From: Octopus vulgaris
Taxonomy: Eukaryota
Direction of reading: 5' to 3'
Assembly: GCA_951406725.2 (NCBI GenBank)
Contig: OX597818.1
Span: 144,212,001 to 144,276,000, forward strand
DNA length: 64,000 nucleotides
This document shows, piece after piece, positions 40,659 to 51,199 of the stretch. The notes below the pieces were generated by a model. The model had not been told where the DNA came from. It ran no database searches and saw only the letters and a program-made list of their open reading frames with translations. The stretch's first letter is position 1. Every line of letters starts with the position of its first letter. The position numbers were made by a program, and so were the translations under genes.

Positions 40659-40756
40659 CAGGATTATAGCGATCATCACATGTCATGAAGCCTCCATGTC
40701 GACATCGAGCATCTTTTCCCCATCTATCATTGATCACAACTGTGTTCTTTACTGGG
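40659..40756 (-). CDS. FUCA: Alpha-L-fucosidase exon
   Basis: atccag acceptor, [34 protein letters not shown] (VVxNDRWG motif); 98 nt; GTAAGA donor. Confidence 0.95.
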
Positions 40757-41170
40757 CTGGATAGATTGAAATTAGATATTGTAAATAAATAATCAACATC
40801 AGGATCATAATGATGATGATCATCATCATTTAACATCCACTTTTCCATGTTTACATGGGTGAGACAGAATTAGTTAAGGCAAGTTTTTAAATGGTTGGGT
40901 ACCCTTCCTGTCACTAACTCTCAACAGTTTCCAGGAAAGGTCATATTTCCATAGGGCTAGACATGTTTTCAAGAAAGCTTGCAAACAAACAACCATACAG
41001 AAAAGCTAAATAAATGGCCATGCAGAAATAATGACTTCATAAATAGGCATGAATTATAAGGCAACTGGGAGTTAAATATATTGTTCAAGGACACATATTG
41101 ACTGAAGTAGAATATATATATTATACATACATATGTACATATATACATACATACACTTACAAATATGTAT

Positions 41171-41210
<40 letters not shown>

Positions 41211-41211
41211 A

Positions 41212-44200
41212 CTAGCATTAAAGACCCGTCGTTGCTGGGTCATAGTGCTAGTGCATGTATATATGTGTATATATATGTGTACATATTACATGTACATCTA
41301 TATATATACATCTACACATAAAATACAAAATTCTAAGTTATATCTTGATATCGCTAGTGATAACAATACTCAAAATATATAACAGACTGGAATTGTTAGC
41401 CCGTCTCTTGTAATTTCGATCAATTGTATCTTGTCCTCCCTCTTGTATAGAAGTGTGGCTACAATCCAGCCTACCTCTACTTCGGGCGGGGTGGTGAGCA
41501 TTTTAAATTTTTTTCCGGGACATCCTACGTCCCAGATATAAAGCTAAAAATAAAATATTTCCACTTTGCAAGTTCGAGTCGAGTACTCCCTTGCACGCTC
41601 CGTTGACTCGAACCTTGCTTCTATTGTGGCGAATTTACCGCCTCTGATTAGATACCTTTCATAGTCGCACCAAGACACTTTTCGAAGGTGCTTTCCTCCA
41701 TGTTGTTTTATTATTACCCACAAGGGGCGAACATAGATGGGACAATACATTCTGATGATGGGGTCAGACAAACGAATGGGTTTTTACAATAAATCGGGTT
41801 TAAAAATTTTCATGAATAACAATAAATGGACAAAAATCGAGTGATAGGACAGACCGGAAGACATTACGGGTGGAGTGGGTGCGGGTTTAGCTCGGACCCC
41901 ACGAGCCCCGCCTCCCCACTGATACTTTTGGTTGCACTTGGTATTACATTTATGTTGTAACTTTCATTCGCAACTTCCGTGCTACATCCATCCATCGTTC
42001 TTCATACGCTCTCCTAGTCAGGCATATTCTCTCCAGCCCTATCTTCCTTTTCAGGTGAAAGATGAAATAATTCATCAAACCAGGGCCGGAGATGAACTTG
42101 CCTGACTGTAAACCTTTCATTCTCGTCTTCCATATCACCTCTTTCGCGATTGCTACTACAACGAGAAAACGAAACTTACCTTCATTCACGAGGAAATCCG
42201 GTGGGTCAATTTTTGTAATCGACTCAGTCGACAGCTGTACTCTTCGTGTACCTGACAACAGGTGTTCGGCATAAACCCACACCTCAGACACGTCCGGACA
42301 ATGAACAATCGCGTGCGGGACGGTTTCCCTATCCCGCCCGCATCTTGGACATATCGGACTGTCTTGGCCACCGTGCCTTGCGAGTTTATCCCGAACAGGT
42401 AGAGCTCCTCTGTAGCATTGCCATGCCAGAGACTTCTGGAAGTTGTCCAGTGTCCTTGGCTCGAACGTACGTCGGAACAGACTGGCCAGCTGATTATCGT
42501 CGAGACCTAGGGTTTCCCCAGGGTATCTTCACATTCCGCCTCTACCAACCCTCTATAGAAGAAAGTGGTGGAACCCCCACCGCAGGCGTTGCCCGAGCGA
42601 CGGAATAGCAGGAGAGCCTTGCGACACTCCGTGTACCAAGTACCAAGTTTCGATCTACGACTCAGCCAGGTTTCCCATCCACCGAAACTAGTGAACTTGG
42701 GAAACATCAGTTTTGCTAGCGAAGACCACACCCGTTCACCATCCAGGTAGAGCCACAGATGTCTTAACCTCAGCGCATGTCTGCGCATCATCAGCCAAGG
42801 CATCCCTAGCCCACCCTTTAACGGTTGTTGACAGCAAGTAGAGCGTTTCACAAGTGGTTTCCCGCCCTTCCACAAGAAGTAGAAGAGCTGTCTTTCCAAC
42901 TTGATCAACCACGAATCAGGGCAAGGAACGACGGAAAGGCGGTAGGTGATAACCGATGCGATAAACACATTGGCCACCTCCGCCCTCCCTTTCAGGGATA
43001 GCCACCGCCAAGACCAGGTCTTGGCTACTGCAGCCACCTTGCTCGTTACCTCGCCCCAATTCTTCTCTATTTGGAGGTCTGGACCGAACCAGACCCCTAG
43101 CAGTTTAATCGGACCCTCCGTCCAACGTCCCACGACGCTGTCAGGAGGCATCGACTTGCCTCTCCAGGTGCCGAGTTGCAAGCCGACTGACTTTTCGCGA
43201 TTAACTTTTGCTCCTGTCACCGTCTCGTACACCTCTATGGCCTTGCCTACTTTACATAGGTGGTCCATTTCGGTTACGATGATGGTGATGTCATCCGCGT
43301 ACGCTGACACTGATTTTCCATTACCTGGCTGTCTCGGGATGCCGCTCAGTTTTCGCAGTAATGGCTCAAGAGCCATCACGTACAAAAGCGGGGAGAGCGG
43401 ACACCCTTGACGAACCGAGCGTTTGATTTTGAACGGCTTCGACAAGAAGCCGTTCACCCGAACTACCGAGTCGATGTTATCATAAATTTCGATAATCCAC
43501 CTGAGGAATCCAAGGCTCAGCCCGAACTGTGCCAGGGCAGATACCAGGTAACGATGGTCGACCCTATCAAAAGCTTTAGATTGGTCTAAATGGACCAGTG
43601 CCCCACCCTTGCCAGAATCACTATTAAACCCCTCTATAGTGTACCGCATTAGATGGAGATTATCCTGAATGGATCTGCCCGGAACGGCACATGTCTGTGC
43701 CCCTCCGATCAGACCATCCGCGACACGCGCCAATCTTTTCGATAACACTTTGGCCAAAATCTTCAACTCTGTGTTTAGCAGAGTGATGGGCCTGAAATTA
43801 TCAATGCACTCCCCTTGCTCGGGTCCTTTCTGACGAGAGTCACTACTCCCCGGCGCACAGATCTGGGTATAAGCCCGTTCTGCTGCCAGTTCGCGTAGAC
43901 CTCCGCCAGTAGGTGCCCGAACAAGTCTGGCATACTCTTATATAACTCATAGGGTAGACCATCCAAACCCGGCGCCTTGCCCGCGCCGCAGTCCGCCATT
44001 GCCTCAACCACCTCCTCAGGCGTGATTGGCCCTTCACAGCCCTCCGCATCTCGCCCCGATAAGCGCGGCAGACCGTCGAGTAGGTCCGTAAAGGTCCTCC
44101 TCCTATCCAGTCCGCCGCACTCACCGAAAGTGCTTTCCTCCATGTGTTCAAATCTTCTTTTTTCTCTACATTGTATACTTTATAGATAATAGTCTTTTCT

Positions 44201-44694
44201 TTAATTTAATTTTTTATTATCCACCTGGACTATTCCATTTCTGCACGCTAATTTTATTTTTAATTTATTCCCATTCATGTGAAACCACTTATTCAAGTTC
44301 AAGTCATTGATGCAATTTTATACCAATTGCTATATTTACTTTTGTTATGTTACGATTATATTATACTTTAGTTTGATTTTAATTATTACTTACTATATAT
44401 AATTCAATTGTTATTATTATTTTTATTGTTAAAGTGAAAGTATCTGACATAAAATAGAGAAACGTTTTTGTTTCACTTTTAACACGTAATACTGAATTAG
44501 TGGAGAAGATATGATATTGCTATGGGCTCGCTCTAGGCAAGAAGTTGAACATTTTTTTTTGCCCGTGAAACTACATGGACCCTAAGTAATGCATGTGTAA
44601 AATTTGAATGGAATTGGTTGTGTAGTTCTCAAGTTTTAGGGAAACACACAGACAGACAGACAGACACACATTCTCAGTTATATATATATAAAGA
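41212..44694 (-). mobile_element. Non-autonomous Helitron (about 1.04 kb when empty) carrying a nested LINE
   Basis: 5' TC at 44694 followed by TTTATATATA and (CTGT)n as in the 18718-19016 element; GACCC..GGGTC hairpin (41223-41241) and CTAG end (41215-41212); A|T insertion site. Confidence 0.75.
41704..44129 (-). mobile_element. Tx1/L1-clade LINE, 5'-truncated (RT, C-terminal zinc knuckle, 3' UTR)
   Basis: KAPGLDGLPYE, LDQSKAFDRV, VRQGCPLSPLLY, AYADD and CPRC..ETVPH...HC; frameshifts near 43770 and 42500; 16-bp TSD GTGCTTTCCTCCATGT at 41688-41703 and 44130-44145. Confidence 0.93.
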
Positions 44695-44986
44695 TATACA
44701 TACATACACTTACAAATACACACACACACACACACATATATATATACACATACATATATATATATATATATATACATACATGCATATGTACATACATATA
44801 AATATATATACATGCATACATATATACATACATATATACATACATATATATACATACATACATATATATATATATACATACATATACATTAAACATATAT
44901 ATATATATACATACATACACATACATACATATGTATATACATACATACATATATATATATATACATACATATATATATATACATAA

Positions 44987-45023
<37 letters not shown>

Positions 45024-45320
45024 CATAGATATATATATATATACATACATATATATATATATACATACAAACATATATATATATATACATACAAACATAT
45101 ATATATATGTATACATACATATATATATATATACATACATATATATATATATACATATAATATATATATATATATATATAATATATATATATATACATAC
45201 ATATATATATATATACATACATATATATATATATACATACATATATATATATATACATACATATATATATATATATACATACATATATATATATATACAT
45301 ACATATATATATATACATAC

Positions 45321-45395
<75 letters not shown>

Positions 45396-45465
45396 CATAC
45401 ATATACACACATACATACACACACACACACATATATATACACATACACACACACACACACACACA
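44695..45465. repeat. About 770-bp compound (TA)n/(TACA)/(CA)n microsatellite
   Basis: Almost continuous alternating purine-pyrimidine tract with a loose 22-26 nt higher-order period. Confidence 0.97.
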
Positions 45466-45748
45466 TGATCAGCTATACTTGATTTATCAATATCTCCTTG
45501 TTTCACAGCTTTGCGATGTTCTTCTACCCTTATTTTTAGGGGACGACATGTTTTGCCTTTGCATAACCTACCACAGCTGCATGGGATAGAGTAAACACAG
45601 TTCTTAGTCATATTCTCTTCTATTGGTTGTTTTACCCAAAGGAGATATTTACGAAGTGTTGCATTACTCTTGAATACTGTCCTGATGTCACATGGGCTGC
45701 ATATCTTTTGTATCTTTTCGGAGAGGCCTTTCACATAAGGTAGACAGA

Positions 45749-47056
45749 AGGCAGACTGTATGATGCATGTGTACGTACAGCCATGCTACATGGTAGTGAA
45801 ACTTGGGCTGTGACTGCTGAGGATTTGCGTAAGCTCGCAAGAAATGAAGCTAGTATGCTCCGATGGATGTGTAACGTCAGTGTTCATAATCGACAGAGTG
45901 TAAGTACCTTGAGAGAAAAGTTGAACCTAAGAAGCATCAATTGTTGTGTGCAAGAGAGACGTATGCGCTGGTATGGTCATGTGATGAGAATGGCTGAAGA
46001 TAGTTGTGTGCGAAAGTGCCACACCCTGGCAGTTGAGGGGACCTGTGGAAGAGGTAGACCCAGGAAAACCTGGGTCGAGGCGGTGAAGCACGACCTTCGA
46101 ACATTAGGTCTCACCAAGGAAATGACCAGTGACCGAGACTTTTGGAGGTATGCTGTGCGTGAGAAAACCCGGCAAGACCAGTGAGAACAGTCAAAATCAA
46201 GATCAAACCAAATTGAGGTCGATCAACATCAGGGCCCCTGTGCAGGTGACATGTAAAAGTACCATCCATTCGTAGCCGTTTGCCAGCCCTGTCTGGCCCC
46301 CGTGTCGGTGGCACGTAAAAGCACCATCCGTTCGTGTTCATTGCCAGCCTGGCCTGGCCCCCGTGCAGGTGACACGTAAAAGCACCATCCGTTTGTGGCT
46401 GTTTGCCAGCTCTGTCTGGCCCCCGTGCCGGTGACACGTAAAAGCACCATCCGTTCGTGGCCGTTTGCCAGCCCTGTCTGGCCCCCATGTCGGTGACATG
46501 TAAAAGCACCATCCGTTCGTGTCCGTCTGCCAGCCCTGTCTGGCCCTCATGTCGGTGACATGTAAAAGCACCATCCGTTCGTGTCCATTTGCCAGCCTCG
46601 CCTGGCCCCCGTGCCGGTGACACGTAAAAGCACCATCCGTTCGTGGCCGTTTGCCAGCCTCGCCTAGCCCCTGTGCTAGTGACACGTAAAAGCACCATCC
46701 GTTTCGTGGCCGTTTGCCAGCTCTGTCTGGCCCCCGTGTTGGTGGCACGTAAAAGCACCATCCGTTCGTGTCCGTTGCCAGCCTCGCCTGGCCCCGTGCC
46801 GGTGACACGTAAAAGCACCATCCGTTCGTGGCCGTTTGCCAGCTCTGTCTGGCACCTGTGCAGGTGGCACGTAAAAAGCACCCACTACACTCACGGAGTG
46901 GTTGGCGTTAGGAAGGGCATCCAGCCGTAGAAACACTGCCAGATCTGACTGGGCCTGATGAAGCCTTCCAGCTTCACAGACCCCATTGAACCGTCCAACC
47001 CATGCTAGCATGGAGAACGGACGCTAAATGATGATGATGATGATGATGATGATGAT
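45749..47056 (+). mobile_element. RTE LINE 3' fragment with expanded 3' UTR repeat and (GAT)n tail
   Basis: [26 protein letters not shown] to the stop at 46184, then 3' UTR and (GAT)n. Confidence 0.93.
46232..46885 (+). repeat. Tandem array of about 11 copies of a 62-bp unit inside the RTE 3' UTR
   Basis: GTAAAAG(C/T)ACC recurs every 60-63 nt. Confidence 0.93.
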
Positions 47057-48977
47057 CCTCTCTTTTCTTCAAAATTGGAGTAAATAGTATTTTTGGGGGT
47101 TAGTTGTTGCTTAATAGATTGTTACTGAGCTTGATCATTTCTTTGTGGTGGGTATCACTATCGCTACTTATATTCTTTGCACAATGTTTTAGGCACTGAG
47201 CAATTCCTCTCTTTACACTGTATCGATGGCAGGAATTGAAGTTAAGGTATCAGCCAGTGAAGGTCGGCTTGCGGTATACAGATGTCCTGAATCCATACTT
47301 GGTGCGTGTTATTAATACGTCCAGGAATGCAAGCTGATTGTCTTTTTCCTTTTCCATTGTGAACAGTATATGGCTTTATTGAGTTCATATGATCTAACAG
47401 CACTTGAGTTCACATGATCTGGTGGGGCCAGTGAATAAAGGTGTCATCAACATATTGCAGCCATACAGTTGGTTTTAGTGGTGTTGATCCTAAAGCCAAA
47501 TTCTTTAAGTATTCCATGTATATATTGGCTATTACTGGTGATAATGGCGAACCCATAGCTAAAGACTCTTTTTGTCAATATATATCAGTGTCCATACTGA
47601 AATAGGTAGTTTCTACACAGAAGGTCAACATTTCCCTCAAGTTTCTTATTGGTATACTAGTGTGTTCTTTTAGATGGGTGTCTGTCATTCGTCTTTCTTG
47701 AATCACTGATAGTGCTTCACCAGTTAAGACTTTGGTGAACAGACTTATCACATCCAGACTCATCATCTGGTTGGATTCAATGGGGGTATCCTTGATCAAT
47801 TCTGTGAAGTGGGTGGAATTCTTCACTTATGATGTTGACTTTCCTGCTAATGGACTGATTATATCCACAAGGAAGCGGCTCAGTGGATGACATGCTGAAC
47901 CTCTACATCTCACTATAGGTCTTAATGGAATACCATCCTTGTGAATCTTAGGAAGACTATACATGTGTGGTAGTTCACTGTGGTGTTGAGTCAGTTGTCT
48001 GAACTTCATTGGTGTAAAGTGATCCTTGTCCTTGATCAAGATCTGTGACAGCTTCCTCTCTGTTTTCAGAGTTGGGTCTTTCTTTGCTTTGCTGTAGCTA
48101 CCATCACTTATAAGACTTGCCAATTTTTCCGAGTAGTCAGACTTGTTCATCACCATTGTAGCATTTCCCTTGTTCGCCGGAAGTATTAAGATGGAATTGT
48201 CTCTCTGTAGTCTTTTGATAGCAAACTTTTCTTCCTTAGTGCTGTTTGGTTTGGGAAGTTTCGCTTTTTCCAGTACCTGTCTCAATTTCCACCGTAGTTC
48301 ATCTCCTTGAGCTTTACAGCTAACTCTTCAATAGGGGCTATTATGTCCAAGTATGGAATGCACTTGATGGTTGTCGCAAGGTTGAGACGGGTTCTAATAT
48401 CCTGCAAGAATATGTCCTTACTTGAAAATGGAAATGAGTGAGGGTTGGTGACAGAAAAGGAATCTGGTTCTAGAAAATCGACCTCAATAAATTCTGTTTG
48501 AGTCATACAACTATAAAAAAGTGGATGTTAAAATGATGATAATGATGATGACATATATATAGTATAAAACCTAAGTGTTTTGTATACTAAGTCACTGCAT
48601 CCTATAACACAGCATAAATAAACTGAAGCAACTAAATCATGGAAGACCATGTAATAAGATACAAATCTATTAAATTTCAGTGAAACTGTGTCAGTGACCA
48701 GATCACAGTTGTGTTATAAAACTTTGACATTAAATAAATTTAAATTCATGAGTTTGGATGAGATCATATATCCTGAGGAGAACAAGGGTCTAATTTTGGG
48801 GGTTTGTCTCTTCATTTGATGGGGACACTATTTTCAATAAGTCATATGCAAGGAGTAAGTGTTGTTGTAATAATAGAGTAACAACCAGAAAAAGAAATAA
48901 AGAAAACACGGATATCAAACGGTTAAAACTGAAATAAAACTGTAATTGGTAAACATAAATATCGTTGACATGATTAC

Positions 48978-49111
48978 CTTTCATTATAGAGCCAAGCCAT
49001 GAATTTGGTTGTATTGAAGTATTCACTTGTTGCCTCCCAATCACCATCACCCCAAAGTATGTCTGGTTTATATTCTTTCACTAGTTCTGTTAATTCAGGC
49101 ATTAACTTTTC
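48978..49111 (-). CDS. FUCA: Alpha-L-fucosidase exon carrying the catalytic nucleophile
   Basis: ttctag acceptor, EKLMPELTELVKEYKPDILWGDGDWEATSEYFNTTKFMAWLYNES (YKPDxxWxDG motif); 134 nt; GTAATC donor. Confidence 0.95.
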
Positions 49112-49604
49112 CTAGAAATGGAAAGAAAAATTCATTGAATCCCATAAAGTCAATGCAACATACATTTTCAAGAAATCAATACTTCTAAACTATTTGCCTT
49201 CATCTTTCATTTCTTTTTGCATGTTTCAACCATTCCATTATTAGTTTGATCTACATGTACCCTACTACTACTACTACTACTATTCACACATACGCACATG
49301 CTCCTAAATGTCTCAGCAAGGACTCTGAAACAGGAATTTTATGAAGACCTGTGCAGGAGGGGGCGGGGGTATGTAAAATAATATCTGATACAGTTCAAAT
49401 CTCGCAACTGTCAGTTTGCGGTTCCCTTGAGCAAGGCACTTAATATTATTTGCTGAATTTTTAAGAAATTAGCATAAAAACAGATTCAATTCCAGTTTCC
49501 CTAGTTGATAGTTCTGAAGTAAAAAAAAAAGGAGATGCATTGCAAAAAAAACTTCTTAAAAAATATAAACAATCCCATTTCTGGATTGTGTCAGTGTATA
49601 TATA

Positions 49605-50340
49605 TTAGAATGGTAACAATAAAATGTTTCAGAAGTATTAGAGAACTGATTTATTTAATCAAAGTATGATCCATGTTCATTTATGACGTTTAACCAACGT
49701 TTCTCTACATCATATATTCTATCTTTAAAAAAGAATTCATCTTTTGCTGTGATATACTGTCTGAATGCTTCAATTACCTCTTCTCTATTTAAGAACGTTT
49801 TATTGCTTATGAAAAGCTCAAAATGCTTAAATAAGTTATGATCAGTTGGAGAGATAACAGGGGAATAGGGAGGGTGTTACAAAATCTCATAATTCAGGCT
49901 TTGCAACTTTTGGACCGTAACTTGAGGAGTGTGAGGACGTGCATTCTCATGGAGCAAAATTGGACCATCTCCTTTCACTCGTCTGGGTTGCTTCTTTTTC
50001 AAATTCTCATGCATACAATCAATTTCCTGGCAATACAATGTTGCTGTTCCCCTCTTTCCTTGTTGCAAAAATAAATAATGAATAACTCCCTTCGCAGACC
50101 ACCATACAGTGACCACTAACGTCTTAGGGTGCAATGGTGGGTTTGGGTAGTGATTAGGTGACTCTCCTGCATCTAATCACTGTCCTGTTCTCTTGTTATT
50201 GTCAAAGAGTATCCATTTCTCATCACAAGTAATGATTTGATGCAAAAATGGTCTTTTTCCAGTTGAGAAAGCAATAAGAAACATACTTCGAGGCATCTGT
50301 TTTTTTTTTAATCTCGTTCAGTTGATGAGGAACAAAGCTA
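49605..50340 (-). mobile_element. Mariner transposase 3' relic
   Basis: FLHQIITCDEKW, LHPKTLVVTVWWSAKGVIHY and LLHENARPH. Confidence 0.85.
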
Positions 50341-50825
50341 CCTGTTCAGTTCTATATTTAAAAGATGAGGAATTATGCACACATAGAGACACGTGCACGC
50401 ATGCATGCTCACACGTGTCTCTATGTGTGCTGCCATATGTTTTCCCATTAACACCACTTGGGTAACAGTATGTTTCTTTATATCTTCAATAAATATGTCC
50501 CAGAGCTCGATGTGAACGTGTGAAGACTGGTGGAATAATGTTACAGACTTCAAAAGAAGCATAAGTATCAGGAAGGACATCTGAGCATAGAATATTGTTT
50601 CAACAAGTTTCATTCAATACATGTCTGCATGAAAAAAAAATTAATATGATGATGACAAATTGTATGTGTATGTGCATATACATACAGAAATATGAAATTA
50701 CAAACACACACTTACACATGACAGTGTCAACATTGTGATTAAAGATTGATTGTGATTAAAGATTGCTTATTTTTCTGTTTATGTAAGTTTTCAGAATAAT
50801 AATTCCTTGTTAAAATAAAACCAAC

Positions 50826-50953
50826 CTTTACATAATTCTGAGTTTTAAACTTGTGTCTTTTATCTTCTAAATAATGAGGATTGAACCATTCATACAAGGA
50901 ATGGTAAACACCAAACTTTATCCCTTTTTCTCGTACAGCAACTGCCAGTTCAC
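50826..50953 (-). CDS. FUCA: Alpha-L-fucosidase exon
   Basis: ctcttag acceptor, [43 protein letters not shown] (FGxYxSLxEWFNP motif); 128 nt; GTTGGT donor. Confidence 0.94.
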
Positions 50954-51199
50954 CTAAGAGAGGAAAACAAGAAAAGTCTATTAATGCGACAAGAGAAGCA
51001 TCTTGATTAATTAAAATAAAAAACCAAATATTTCAGCCTTAACAGAGGAATTTGTGTTGTTCTGCTCATTTTCAGCCAGGACTGGATATTTCTGAATATT
51101 GCTCATTACATTGAATCTGTTCATGCAGACCTTTGAATAATTAACTTCAGTAGAATACTTTTGTTTAAATATGCTTCAGTAAACCCACCTCTCGCCTAA

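Larger units (their letters stand above)
45466..48500 (-). mobile_element. Decayed Penelope-like element (RT plus GIY-YIG), split by an RTE insertion
   Basis: ILPANKGNAT, LPKIHKDGIPLRPIV, SLDVISLFT, GLAMGSPLSP, FLDVLI and VYRKPT in 47057-48500; CLPYVKG and [19 protein letters not shown] in 45466-45748. Confidence 0.9.

Noticed and set aside
44571-45734. Long Tyr/Ile/Cys/Val-rich ORFs (also near 26329, 33718, 34679, 38246, 41098 and 60900)
   Set aside because: Translations of TA/CA microsatellites that lack stops by composition
46232-46885. Regularly spaced repeat resembling a CRISPR array, and the repetitive 256-aa ORF 46111-46881
   Set aside because: No unique spacers because whole units repeat; the unit belongs to the RTE 3' UTR; no cas genes; eukaryotic context; the ORFs are by-products of the GC-rich repeat
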